Assembly (NCBI RefSeq): GCF_000143415.4
Contig: NW_003314274.1
Span: forward strand, 2,028,623 to 2,092,622
Source: Selaginella moellendorffii
Lineage: Eukaryota > Plantae > Lycopodiophyta
Reading direction: 5' to 3'
Length of the DNA: 64,000 nt
In this document: one piece after another, positions 11,590-23,794 of the stretch
Numbering within the stretch: position 1 is the first letter of the stretch
How the letters are laid out: each line of letters opens with the position of its first letter
Made by a program: the position numbers and the translations under genes
Notes under the pieces: generated by a model
Database searches by the model: none
Seen by the model: only the letters and a program-made list of their open reading frames with translations
What the model was told of the DNA's origin: nothing

Positions 11590-13467
11590 ATGACGGATGA
11601 ATCCTTGCTGCCGGAGATTTCCAGCCTCGCCATCCGCGACTCTCCGGCCCGGGCCGGCGATTCCGCCTCCTCCCCGCCAGATCTCGACGTGTCGGTGGCC
11701 CTGGATCACGCCGAGGCCGTGGTGCGCAAATGGGAGAATGGCACTGGCGAGCAGATGGTCTGGGAGATCTCCTCCGAGGACGCGCAGGATTATCTCCTCG
11801 CCGTGGATAGCCTCCAAGCTCTCCTTGGCGATGGCGATGGCGGCCCCGATGCTGCCAGGATCCAGGAGGTGCTGCGAATCGCCCAGGGGCGATTGAAGAG
11901 CGAGTTCAAGCACTTGCTCGCGATCCACACCGAGTGCGTCGACCCGAGCTGGCTGCCCGAGAGCTTCTCGGCGCCATCTTTCAGCTCCAACCCGGATCCA
12001 TCCGACGAAGATGGTTCGTCAACGAATCCAGATGGTGTTTCCACCGAGCAGCAGTCGATGCGAGAGCAGAGCTTCATCATAGATCTCCTCCCGCCCGCCA
12101 TCGTCGCGGACTTGAGCGACATAGCCCGGAGGATGGCCAACATGGATCACTCCCGTGACTGCATCGACGCTTACATCCTCGTCCGCAAGGGCGTCCTCGA
12201 GGACAGTATGTTCTTGCTGGGAGTGGAGAGGCTCTCGTCCGAGGACGTCCAGAAGATGGAGTGGAAGGTTTTGGAGCCGCGCATGAAGAAGTGCCTCAAG
12301 GCCATGAAGGTTTCGTTCAAGGTGCTGTTTGCGAGTGAGAGGTTTCTCTCCGACGAGGTTTTCGCCGTGGACCTCGAGGAGAGCGATACGTGCTTTGCCG
12401 AGATGGCCAACGACGCGGCGCTCGAGGTGCTCGACATGATCAGAGTGTTTGCGACGCCGGACAAGCCCGAGAAGCTGTTCCGGCTGCTGGACATGTACGA
12501 GACGCTCAAGGAGCTGCTGCCCGAGATCGAGTTGGCGTTCCAAGGACAGGTTTGCAGTCGAGTGCGCCAAGAGGCTGCTGATGTTCTCGATATACTCAGT
12601 GGTGCTGCCAGGGAGACCTTCGTCGGGGTGAAGAACGCCATCGAGACGAGCTTGTCGACGCAGCCGGTTGTCAACGGTGCCGTGCATCCCCTCACGCGGT
12701 ACCTGATGAACTACCTCTCGTTTCTGTCCGAGTACATGGACACGATGAAGGAGCTCTTTGGTCACCAGGAGTCCGCGAACGGCGAGGCTGGTGTGGCTGG
12801 CGGCGACGAGACGAGCGAAGCCGCGGGTGCCGGTGAGGACGAGAACGAAGTTGGAGCTCTCCGATCGCCGCTGGTGCCGGTTTTGATGGAGATACTAGAG
12901 GCGCTGATGAGGCACACGGACGAGAACGCGAGGCTGTACAGAGACACGGTGCTGAGCACCATCTTCCTGATGAACAACACACACTACATCGTCCAAAAGG
13001 CCAAGCACGCTGGGATCCAGTTCGTCATCGGGGACTCTTGGCTGCGGAGGCACAGCTCGCTGGTGCGGTACCACGCCATGAACTACCAGAGGGTGGCGTG
13101 GGGGAAGATCTTCTCCTATCTCCGGGACGAGGGGATCCGGGGACCGGGGTACAACATCTCCAAGGAGATACTCAAGGAGAGATTCAAGAACTTCAACGCT
13201 GCGTTTGAGGAGATCCACAGGACGCAGGCGGGATGGGTGGTGTCGGACGGCCTCCGGGACGAGCTACGCGTTCTCATCAGTGACAAGCTCATCCCGGCCT
13301 ATCGATCCTTCCTCGGGAGATACAGGGTCCACCTCGAAGGCATGAGACACTCGGAGAGATATCTCAAGTACTCGGTGGAGGACTTGGAGAACCTCATCAA
13401 CAATCTGTTCGTGGGAGCAGCGCATGGTTCGATGAGCAGGCGACGATCCATCACCGGCGGAGGGTGA
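11590..13467 (+). CDS. EXO70: Exocyst subunit Exo70 family protein (intronless)
   Basis: PEKLFRLLDMYE, GAVHPLTRYLMNYL, LSTIFLMNNTHYIVQK, KERFKNFNAAFEEIHRTQ..W and YLKYSVEDLE motifs. Confidence 0.96.
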   Translation: MTDESLLPEISSLAIRDSPARAGDSASSPPDLDVSVALDHAEAVVRKWENGTGEQMVWEISSEDAQDYLLAVDSLQALLGDGDGGPDAARIQEVLRIAQGRLKSEFKHLLAIHTECVDPSWLPESFSAPSFSSNPDPSDEDGSSTNPDGVSTEQQSMREQSFIIDLLPPAIVADLSDIARRMANMDHSRDCIDAYILVRKGVLEDSMFLLGVERLSSEDVQKMEWKVLEPRMKKCLKAMKVSFKVLFASERFLSDEVFAVDLEESDTCFAEMANDAALEVLDMIRVFATPDKPEKLFRLLDMYETLKELLPEIELAFQGQVCSRVRQEAADVLDILSGAARETFVGVKNAIETSLSTQPVVNGAVHPLTRYLMNYLSFLSEYMDTMKELFGHQESANGEAGVAGGDETSEAAGAGEDENEVGALRSPLVPVLMEILEALMRHTDENARLYRDTVLSTIFLMNNTHYIVQKAKHAGIQFVIGDSWLRRHSSLVRYHAMNYQRVAWGKIFSYLRDEGIRGPGYNISKEILKERFKNFNAAFEEIHRTQAGWVVSDGLRDELRVLISDKLIPAYRSFLGRYRVHLEGMRHSERYLKYSVEDLENLINNLFVGAAHGSMSRRRSITGGG

Positions 13468-13617
13468 GCTTGAGTACGCGCTACGATCGAAGGAAACGAG
13501 AAAGCTAAAGTACCATCGGTGCGCGAGAAAAAAGTTCCAAGAGTTGAGGAACGAAGTGGTGAGGAGGATATCAAGTGGAGCGATAACGGAGCATGGATGG
13601 ATTGACCAGGTTGCTTG

Positions 13618-13620
<3 letters not shown>

Positions 13621-13648
<28 letters not shown>
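13621..13648. repeat. (CT)14 microsatellite downstream of Exo70
   Basis: Seen directly in the sequence. Confidence 0.95.
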
Positions 13649-13656
<8 letters not shown>

Positions 13657-14100
13657 TTTTTTCTTACTAAGCAACGTTTTTGAGGAGCGGGGATTTGTGG
13701 CTCTTTTCTTTTTCTCTCTTTTCTCTCCTCTTTTTGCTCCTGTACAGATTAGCGAGCCTCCAGTGGGAAGAAGAAATTTTCTCCACCTCTGGCAGCTGGC
13801 TGCTGTTGTGCTCTTGTCTGGGACTCTTTATTTCATAATGTAATAAAGCGCTGAAAATCAAAAACATCGTTTAAGATTATTCTAAAATTTTGTTCCCTTT
13901 TTACCTTTTGTTCAAATGTTCATCTAGGCTCTTGGATGGATTCTGTTTCGCAAAGACTGGTGGATCCATTTTTAGAGAACTCCATGTGACAGAGGATGAT
14001 ATAGTACCATGGTTTCATCAACATTGCTCGACTCTACTCTACATACTATACCTTTTGAAAATGGATGGCACAATATATTGCTTATGTGGTATTAAGGATG

Positions 14101-14210
14101 TTGCCAAGATGGCCAACGACGCAGCGCTCGAGGTGCTCGACATGATCAGCGTGTTTGCGACCCAGACAAGGGCCGAGAAGCTATTCCGGCTACTGGCCGA
14201 GATCGAGTAG
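14101..14210 (+). pseudogene. Short duplicated fragment of the Exo70 CDS
   Basis: Near-identical to 12395-12533 (AxMANDAALEVLDMI.VFAT...EKLFRLL) with a ~30-nt internal deletion. Confidence 0.88.
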
Positions 14211-14599
14211 GTAGCTGATGCTCTGGATCGATCTTGCCTTCGAGAGGGGCGAAATATTTTACCTGGGGATGGAGGAAATGGACCCGACGCTAGATGGCAA
14301 GTTTAAAATGCGAGGTAGCAAAGAAAAATGTGAAAAAAAATTAACTATCAAACAAATTGCCTCAAGGGAGTTCCTTGCAAACGGAACACAAGAAAATGCG
14401 AGTATATAGCAGCACACACTGCATGAAACCAGTAATCGCAAGCTATCCAGTGACCTCTCTCAGCTGTAACTTCAGAATCCTCCTTCCGGTGACATACTCC
14501 GCAGATGCCGATCGGCCGGTAGTTCCCGCGCTTAAATTCTTCAAAAGCGTTCTAAATTCTTCAATCGGACTCGTCAACCACTATTGTGCACTACTTTGC

Positions 14600-16090
14600 T
14601 GAGCTAACTCCGTTCTGGTTACCTTCGGAAGCGTTCCCCTTGAAGCTGGATACACGATTGGAAAGGCCATGATATATCAAGTATATACTGAGTGCTGCTG
14701 CGTAAGCAGAGGTTTTGGAGCTGCCTTCCTTAGTGGATAGACTTGCGTGGCTTTCATTGACCAGTGAACAGAACAATGGTCTCAGATGCAAAGCGAAAGC
14801 GCCACATCAAGTCCGAACCAGCACCATTGTCTGCTACGAAGAGTGTACACCTGTCACAGATGTAATCCAGGCTCGTGTACTGGCTATCAGCAATGTACAC
14901 AGCCACCGCCTTGTTATCCAGGCGGAGCCTTTCACTATTTCACTTGTTTCCGTCTTAAGCCTCTCCATCGTTTCCGTCAGCGTCAGTCCATCAAACAGCG
15001 CCGTGCGAGCCATCACTCCATTCTCTGCATCCCACCAGCTCCAGCGGAAGAAGAATCCTTGAGGCTGCTTAGCGCGCTATAGATCTTATATTTGATGTCG
15101 TCCACGCTTTGCAAGTAGTTGTGCATCGCCAAAAGCGATAGGGGCTTATCTATAACAACCACATCACGGCCAGGGATCTCTGCCTGCAATGTGTTTGTAC
15201 CAAATGGCAGAGCATAACACCGTCCAAAGTAGAAATACTGAATCGTGGCTTGATGTCTTTGACAGGCATGCCCTCTTTTGTTGTGAGCTGACTCACCACA
15301 TCCCATAGAACCGCGGATATATATCATTGGTGATGATCTTCTCCGCACGCTCGTCAACCTGTAGAATGCCCCTGGACTCCACCATTTGTGTAGCATCTGA
15401 CCAACCCCCAACATCGGTAAACATGTCGTACAAAGTAAAACCTGTTCGCAGAAAATAACCCCCTGTCAAAGACACCTGTAAGAACCGGCTTAGCCAGTGG
15501 TCGTGTTGCATAGACGACAATCCCCCTGGGCCGGATCTGGAGCAGTGATGCCCTGTGCCTAACGGGAGGGATGTCAGCCTCCCGTAAAAGCAGCTCCTCA
15601 CTCAAATCGTCTAACTGTATAATTTCCTGTCGAAGTTGATGTCGGTTAGCAACATAGTTGGCCATCCAGTGTCGTTCAAAGATACCACCCGCATACTGAC
15701 AGCAAGCTTGGATGAGTAGCCAGCGATAAGGCGTTACCCCTCTGTTCTTGCAGTAGAAGAAAATCTCCAGCCGAGTCAAAAGCAGCAACCGAAGTGCAAA
15801 AGTTACCGCTTCGCTACGTCTTCCACCAGGTTTCCGAAGTCCTTTGAGCCCCCGTTGCCGTGGTTATTCACCACGAAAAAGAGTCCAAAGTTCCATGCAT
15901 AGAGTGTCCTCGTTTTATCACCATTGCAAACCGGGTGGTAGCAAGCCAAGGACTTGTCAAACGCATCGGTCCTTTGCTCATGCAAACAATGCAGCAAAAG
16001 TGTCTCCTCCATTACTGGAACAAATCCCCCCGTATAAATGCGTCCAGGAGCTTTTTGTCTAAGAGTCCCCGCAAATCGTCTAGAAATATG
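14600..16090 (-). pseudogene. Frameshifted Crinkler-like P-loop NTPase plus restriction-endonuclease-fold gene
   Basis: Motifs in order across shifting frames: GDKTRTLYAWNFGLFF..GGSKDF; LLLTRLEIF..TPYRWLLIQ; SSAGxWWD; LFVADNGAGSDL..IVLFTGQ*K. Multiple frameshifts and stops. Family assignment is by motif recollection. Confidence 0.55.
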
Positions 16091-16871
16091 GATTTCTAAC
16101 TTCAAACACAGGAAAAGGAGAACTGCAGAAACCAGCATTACAAACCAGACAGAGATAAAAAAGTAAGGTGGCAAGAAAAAGTAAACCTCCAAGGACACAG
16201 GGGTCTACCTATGGTGTGGTTCTGAGGTGAGATTCAAGCGTCCTCCGCAGCCAAGGTCAGGGGTGCTGGATTTTTTGCGGGACGCCTATGGGCATGAGCT
16301 TCTTGTAGATGTAGTTATGGACCAAAGTGTGGAGGGCGGCCAATACATCTACAAACGAGGTTTGTTCGTTGATGCATTTGGGATTTAATTGGCGTGAGGA
16401 TTGTGCCTGCACTTCCTGTTTTCGCAGTCAGCGTGGCTGTAAATCTGTTGGTGCTGGTTGTGCTATGCCGTCCTTCTCGCACCTTGATTTGAGTGAGTAA
16501 TTTGTTTCTGTCACAGTGGCTTCTCGACTGCACCACTTTCGTTGTTTGTGGAAGTGGTGTTGATGATTGATGATGATCTTTTCAGAATGCTTGAATTCTT
16601 CAGCGTTTGCCTGCTCTCTGTCCCGGTGTCTGGCTCATATAGCTTGTCCGAACAATGGAGTGTGTGTGTATGAATGATGGGCCTGGTTTTTGTTGCTAAG
16701 CGTGTGGTGGTGGGTGCCTGTTTTTTGTGGGTATTTTATTTTTCTTTTGGCAAGCATGGATACGACTGCTTGTTGGTTAGGGATGCTTCAGATGTGTTGC
16801 TTAGTTTTGTTTCGGTTCTAATGCACTGTTGCGGGACAAGTCTTCAGGCTGGTTGTTTGAGTTGCGTACGG

Positions 16872-16899
16872 TTTAGGGTTTATGGACCTATAAACCCTA
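16872..16899. promoter_or_regulatory. Inverted pair of telo-boxes upstream of the fibrillin-like gene
   Basis: TTTAGGGTTTA...TAAACCCTAA, about 60-90 nt before the ATG. Confidence 0.55.
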
Positions 16900-16961
16900 A
16901 TATCTTGTTCAAAATGAAAGAATATGCGTTATAGGATCTTAGCTTTATGCCCTTATCTTTT

Positions 16962-17881
16962 ATGGAGGTGGGAGTGGAATTCAGCGTCAGGGCGAAAGGC
17001 TTGAGTCAATACTCATGTTCAAATCCTCGCCATAGTACGCTGGGATTTGGAGCTCTCAAAGCGGACAGGCGAGTTATAAGTACCAGAAGTAGAAATTTTC
17101 ATGCCAGGGTTGCGACTGGAGAATCTCAAGGTAAATTTTCACTCGTATAGAAATTCTAGAAAGCTTTCTTTCACAATCGTTCAGTGGGGGAAGTGGATAG
17201 CAAAGTCGAGGAGAGCGTTCTGGTGCTAAAGGCCGCTGCCAAGAGCAAGAAAATCCCAGGTCCAGAGGTGTTTGCGGCATTTAGAGTTTTGGAGAAAGCC
17301 CGCGTGGATCCATCCAATTTTCTAGAGACTCTGGGAGGAAGTAGTGGAGCTGAGCCAAGGTGCTGGATGCTTGTCTTCACTTCTGGAGCCAAAGTGGTAA
17401 GAAAAACTTGTCATAAATCTAGAACTTTGCTCTTAGTTTTTGCTTTCGATTTGAAGGTGAGAGAAGCTTTGAAAGGTGGTGGTGGAGGTGGCACATACTT
17501 CCCATTCACCGCTGTGCAGCAATACAATGCCACTGTAAGTTTCCAAAAGTTTTCACAAAGATTCGTTGTTAACAATGTGGATCATCGCAGACAAAGAGCA
17601 TACAAAACGGGCTCTACCTCGGCCCTCTTGGTGTGCTGGAATTCATGGGACGCTTCTCATGGTCCAAGAACAAGCTCTTCTTCATCTTCGATTCCCTGAG
17701 CTTCAAGGTTGGGCGTCTCGGCCCCTTCCAATTCGCGATCAGCAAGAAAGAAGAGCTGGATCGAGAGCCCGGGAACAAAGATCCCTTCTTCATCTGGTTC
17801 TACGCGGACGAAGAAATCGTCGTTGGAAAGGGGCGAGGAGGAGGCATTGCTCTGTGGGTGCGTTGCAATCGAAGAGTTTGA
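16962..17881 (+). CDS. Conserved plastid fibrillin-like (PAP-fibrillin/lipocalin-like) protein, multi-exon
   Basis: Transit-like N-terminus, then FLETLGG..PRCWMLVFT, YFPFTAVQ, IQNGLYLGPLG and KDPFFIWFYADEEIVVGKGRGGGIALW. Confidence 0.75.
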
Positions 17882-18170
17882 ACCTCAGCCGCTAGATCAG
17901 AAACTGCAAATCTCAGGCGTTGGTTTTAATCGCATCGTGGCCGTCTGTTCTGAACCTGGCATCGACGGCCATGATGGGCGGGAGACGGACGGCCAAGATA
18001 TGCGGAGGAAGGGAGTGAAAGTAGATGTGTTTGTTGTTTTAGGGTCTTCGCCGCCATAGCCAGTGTGGGGGGGAAGAAGATTTGTGGCGGAAGAGTAGTA
18101 GCAGCTCCAGATCTCTAGCAAAAGAAGGCCTCGCATCTCCGGTAAAGATCGTCCAATCCTCTCCTAGGGC

Positions 18171-18186
18171 TAGGGTTTTGTGGGCC
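18171..18186. promoter_or_regulatory. Telo-box plus site II (TGGGCC) module in the UAP56 promoter
   Basis: TAGGGTTTT immediately followed by TGGGCC, about 120 nt upstream of ATG 18303. This pairing is known for plant translation and RNA-processing genes. Confidence 0.6.
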
Positions 18187-18302
18187 GCGGCAAATCGGTT
18201 CCATGCGCGGCGCTGCCCTTCTCGTCCTGCTCTCTCCACCGCCAAGCCGCCGCCGGAGCGCGCCGTAACACTTTTCTTTGATTCTTTGTAGCCGCGCTGG
18301 AA

Positions 18303-20544
18303 ATGGGTGAAGCCAAGGAGAACGACACTTATCAGGAGGAGCTTTTGGACTACGAGGAGGAAGAAGAAGCGGCCCCCGACGCCGTTGCAGCTAAGGGAGC
18401 GGCAGAAACAGTGAAAAAGTGAGTCTTTTCCTTTCCCTTTTTCTTCGCGACTCTTGCTAATGCTTGTTTCTTCTTCAGGGGCTATGTTGGTATTCACAGC
18501 TCCGGTTTTCGAGACTTTCTACTCAAGCCTGAACTCGTTCGAGCTATCGTTGATTGCGGTTTTGAGCATCCATCAGAAGGTTCGCAAAAGGCTTTAGATT
18601 TTCTTTTGTTATCGAGAGGGGTCTTATGAGGGTTTCCTTTTTCATGTTCGCTAGGTAATTATTCCTCGAGTTTAACACCCAACTTATCTTCCGAACAGTG
18701 CAATTCGAGTGCATCCCGCAAGCTATACTCGGAATGGATGTCATCTGCCAAGCGAAGTCCGGAATGGGAAAAACTGCCGTGTTCGTGCTTTCAACGCTGC
18801 AGCAGATCGAGCCACTGAAGGGGCAAGTTGCTGCTCTGGTCTTATGTCACACGCGAGAGCTAGCTTACCAGGTACAGTAGCTTTTCTTGAGATGTGCATA
18901 CTAACGCTTTCTTTTTTCTCTAGATTTGCCACGAGTTCGAACGATTCAGCACTTATCTTCCAGACATCAAGGTTGCGGTTTTCTATGGTGGTGTCAACAT
19001 CAAGACCCACAAGGACCTCCTCAAAAACGAATGCCCCCACATCGTCGTCGGCACACCAGGGCGTATTCTTCAGCTGACGAGGGAGAAGGAACTGAGCCTG
19101 AAGGGTGTTAGGCACTTCATCCTTGATGAGTGTGACAAGATGCTGGAGTCCCTCGGTATGGTCGGCTGGGTTGCTGCGATCGCTCTCCATCTCTTTCTTT
19201 GTGTTCCTGTACTAACCTTGGAGCTTCTATATAGACATGAGGCGCGACGTGCAGGAGATCTTCAAGCTGACACCCCACGACAAGCAAGTGATGATGTTCT
19301 CAGCCACCCTCAGCAAGGAAATTCGCCCGGTTTGCAAGCGGTTCATGCAAGATGTAATGTCCTGGTGTCACACTCTCATCCGACAGTTTTTCCTGGTTTG
19401 GGCATAGAGGCGTTCTGTTGGTATGCGTCCAAGGAACTCTGGGGCTGCTGCATGATGATTTCTAGTGTTAGTTCTTCTCTGCTACCGCCGAAAGACGGAA
19501 CTATTTCCTGGCTGTGAGTGATGCGTGGGAAAGAACTTCTTTTAGGTGGTGCTTAGATAGTAAGTTCAGGTGACCTGGACCAGCTGCTGCATTTAGTCCA
19601 ACGGAAGCTGTTAGCTTTGGTGCTTCGTTTTCTACAAGGAGTTCACCTCACCTATTGTTTCAATTGGCAGCCTATGGAGATCTATGTTGACGACGAAGCC
19701 AAGCTGACTTTGCACGGACTGGTGCAGGTAAGAAAGCGTTTCTTCGAGTTTTCTTGTTCTGACTTTGGCTCGTTTGCAGCACTACATCAAACTAAGTGAA
19801 GCTGAGAAAAACAGGAAGCTGAACGATCTTCTGGACGCTTTGGACTTCAACCAGGTGGTGATTTTCGTCAAGAGCGTGAACCGTGCGGCGGAGCTGAACA
19901 AGTTGCTGGTGGAGTGCAATTTCCCTTCTATCTGTATCCACTCGGGAATGTCACAAGAGGAAAGGTATGGTGGTAGTTTTTCATGTTTTTCTCGTGTGTA
20001 CAAGGATATAGCTGACTGCCAATGCGGCATGTAGGTTGACGAGGTACAAGGGATTCAAGGAAGGGCACAAGCGAATTCTTGTGGCGACTGACTTGGTGGG
20101 GAGGGGCATAGATATTGAGCGCGTGAACATCGTGATCAACTATGATATGCCAGAATCCGCAGATACTTATTTACATAGGGTGAGCCTCTCTTTTTCCTTT
20201 CGAGTCATCCTCGAGAGCTCATCCTTTTCCTCTCAGGTTGGCCGAGCTGGACGATTCGGAACAAAGGGCTTGGCCATTACATTTGTAGCTTCTTCGACTG
20301 ACTCGAACGTGCTAAATCAAGTGAGTATAGTTCCAAGTTTTCGAGTTTGTTCCTTTGTCTCGTTTTGTTTCTAGACAGTTCTCATGTTGGTAAATGCTGC
20401 ACAGGTTCAGGAGAGATTTGAAGTAGATATTAAGGAGCTGCCAGAGCAGATCGATACCTCCACCTACAGTAAGCAATTTCTCATCGCTCGCAGTTCTCAG
20501 GGACTGATACTGTGTGTTGTGTGTTCTTCGCAGTGCCGTCTTAG
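18303..20544 (+). CDS. UAP56: DECD-box RNA helicase UAP56/DDX39 (RH15/RH56), multi-exon
   Basis: [66 protein letters not shown]; C-terminus IDTSTYMPS*. Confidence 0.97.
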
Positions 20545-21437
20545 TCTCAAGGAGGAACTGAAAAGAAGGATTTACTTTTTAAGGACTTCCATTTCTAAAG
20601 CTGTACAATGTTGAAGTTTTGTTGTAACGATGATTAAGAGTACTTATGATGATATGCACTGGAGAAAATATTTCTAAAATGATGGACATATCCCTGTAAA
20701 GGTGACGGCGGGCCCGCGACACAACACAGGAGCATGTGTTATGTTGAGAGGCTGGGAATTTACACTGGGGCCTTGTCAGGGACACTGTCCCTGGCAAAGC
20801 CACAGTAGCCAGCGAAGCACTAAGAAAGAAAGAAAGAAAGCGTTGCCACACCAACAAAAGTGGTGTGTGAGTGTGTGTGTAAGAGAGGAGGAAAGAAAAG
20901 AAACAAGCGAGGAAGAAGAAGAGAAGAGAGAGCTTGTCTGATTGCTCTCTGTGTGGCGCTGCGCAAAGAATTGATAGATGGTGTGAGAAATTCGTGGGGA
21001 ATTTGGTGAAATCGATTGGGTTTTCTTCCCGTAAGATCGTTGCTGGGCGTGATTGCGACGGCCTCGATCGGCATTTTGCTCCGCTAAAGCGGATCTGGAT
21101 CTACATTCCTTCGTCGCGTCCTTTCCCTTCTTGGATCTCCTGGCGATGAATTGATGAAGATCCAATCAATATGTCCCTTGGCTTTTGGGTAGATCTTGGC
21201 GATTCGGGAGGAGATTGGCGAATTGGATGAGAGGTAATGTGTCTAGTAGATGATGGCTTGATGGAATTGGAGAGATCTACCCGTACTGTAGCGTTCTAGA
21301 CAGAGTCAAGCCTTGATCTATCTCTTTGTCGCTTTTCCTTCGTCCACTCTATCTAAATCTTTTGCCTTTGGCATGGGTTTGCAGGTTTTCTGCTTCGTCG
21401 CCTTCTTTCTTCTCTTCTGCCGCTTTGATTGATTGAC

Positions 21438-23794
21438 ATGGGGAAGTCTACGCGGTGGCTGCTGGCCTTGATTGGCCTCAAGAAATCCTCGAAAAAAACC
21501 TCAGTGGAAGAACAAGATGTGGTAAGCTCCAGATAGTTTACTTCTATGATAATGTTTTCCACACTTTAGAGGAAGAGCAGCAAAGACAAGAGACGATGGA
21601 GCTTTGGGAAATCAGCAGCGGCCCCGGCAGACTTCGTGAAATCCAGCTCCAGTTCCGCGAGAGAGATGGATCACAGCCAAAACGAGCAGGCCAAGCACGC
21701 GATTGCGATCGCGGCTGCGTCCGCTGCCGCCGCCGAGGCCGCCGTCGCTGCTGCTCATGCCGCTGCTGCGGTGGTCCGCCTCACTGGCGCTGCAAACTAC
21801 GCTAGTCCAGTTTTCGAGCTCATCAGTCGCGAGGAATGGGCCGCTATCAAAATCCAGACTGCCTTTCGTGGCTACTTAGTAAGTTGTTCTTCGAGCTCGC
21901 CACCTTGCTTCTTATCGAGAGCTTGATTGTTTTTCTAGGCTCGGCGAGCTTTGCGTGCGCTGAAGGCAGTGGTGAGGATCCAGGCATTGTTTCGAGGCCA
22001 CCGAGTTCGAAAGCAGGCCGCCATAACTTTACGATGCATGCAAGCTCTTGTCCGAGTCCAGGCCCGAGTTCGAGCTCGCCGGGTCCGGATGTCCAAGGAA
22101 GGTCAGGCTGTCCAGCAGCAGCTCCTGGAGCGCAGGGGACGCTATCGAAAATCCATGGTTTGTTCATTGTTTTTTCTTTCGATAGTCCATTTTTTCATTC
22201 TTTTTGTTTTCTTCGATCGTAGGATGGATGGATTGCAAGCACTGGCACTGTGGAGGATTTCCATGCCAAGAACGAGCGAAAGCACCTGGGAGCGATGAAA
22301 CGGGAGCGAGCTCTGGCCTATGCATTCTCCCAATCAAACCAGGTCTGTGTAGGGATTTTGCTCATGTTGAGAGAAAATCGTGCTTGTTTGTCATGTCTCA
22401 AAACAAATTTCTCTTTTTCTATCTCTGGAGTCCAATGTTTCTTTTTGCATGTATAGATTGCGAGTGATGGTTCTGTGCTCTCAAAGTCGTCAAAATTCTA
22501 TCTTTTACATCCCTGGAGATTTTTTTCTTTCTTTTGGCATGTATGGATTGCTCAAAGTTCGGGTGGTGGTCTCTTTTTACTATTTCGTATGTTTCTCTAG
22601 CTGGCTTTCTCGCTATTCTCAAAACTCTTTCGCAAGTTCATCCAGATCACGATGTGTGTGTATTATAGCCACATTTTCATGGTCAATTACTTTGGTTCTG
22701 TTTCTATGATATAGCTGACGAAGTTGCTGGCCGAGTTGCAGAGCCGAACAGCATCACCCATGGTGATCGACTGCGAGCCCGACACCCCGCACTGGGGCTG
22801 GAGCTGGCTCGAGCGATGGATGGCGGCGCGGCCCTGGGAGAATCCTTTCGAGGCCACCAGTCCGGTCGATTCCGGCTGCACCAAGATCGTCGAAGTCGAC
22901 TATAACAACCAGTCCGCCAACAAGCTAAATCCAGCCAAAGCTCCGCCGCCACCACCTTTGTCATCAACACCACCGAGCAGCAACACAGCCATAGCAAAAC
23001 CCGCCAAGAAACGATCCGGCTCCGCCTCGGAATCCATCCCGGACGCGCACAAGATCGTGATTCCAAGCCCCACGAATCCAGCGCCTCCAATCGCCACTGA
23101 TCGCCACGGACTTTCCCCCAACGCGCAAAACTTGCTCTCTCACCCGAGTCCAGTGATCGACCACCACCACCACGCCGATCAATCCTCCAGCGCTGCCGCC
23201 ATTGCCGCTTCTCCAAAAGATCTCCTGGCTCTGGACGACTGTTTCGCCAAGAACACCCTCAAGCCTCTCAAGAACGCTGCTGCTGCTGGTGTGGGTACCA
23301 GCGCGGAAAACCAGAGCTTTGTCCAGGATTTCCAGCAGGGGATCATCCGGGACATGGATCTCACCCTCGCCGGATCCTCGTCCGAGCTCCCGGCGGCGGC
23401 GGTGCCGAGCTACATGGCCACCACGCAGTCGTCCAAGGCCAAAGTTCGCTCCCACAGCACGCCCAAGCAAAGGCCAGAGCAGCTCTTGGGCTTGACGATG
23501 CCCGACACTCCCAGGAAGAGCATGAGAAACTCCATGAATGGCGGGCACGCCCTCCTCCTCGCCGCCACCACCGCCAGTGGAAGTTTCTCCTCCGCCACCG
23601 CTGCCGCCAATAATGCTGGCTCCATCGCTGGAGCCCTGCTGAGAAGAGGCGGGAGCGCTTCCTCCTCGCAGCACGGCAATGGCAGAGGCTTCTCCACTGG
23701 ATCCATGGCGCTGGATAGATCCTTGATCTCTCTCAAGGATGGCCACGCGAGCTTGTCCATCAATGGCGACATGAGAAAGCCCTTTAGATTCTAG
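21438..23794 (+). CDS. IQD: IQ67-domain (IQD) calmodulin-binding protein with DUF4005-like C-terminus
   Basis: [51 protein letters not shown]|[50 protein letters not shown] and [24 protein letters not shown]. Confidence 0.95.

Noticed and set aside
1223-13574. Numerous alternative-frame and antisense ORFs over the kelch, PPR, SANT and Exo70 genes
   Set aside because: These are expected shadows of GC-rich coding sequence with no independent motifs.
19449-19524. Intronic C/D box snoRNA in UAP56
   Set aside because: Box C is present, but there is no canonical CTGA box D and no recognisable rRNA guide. Kept only as a side note.
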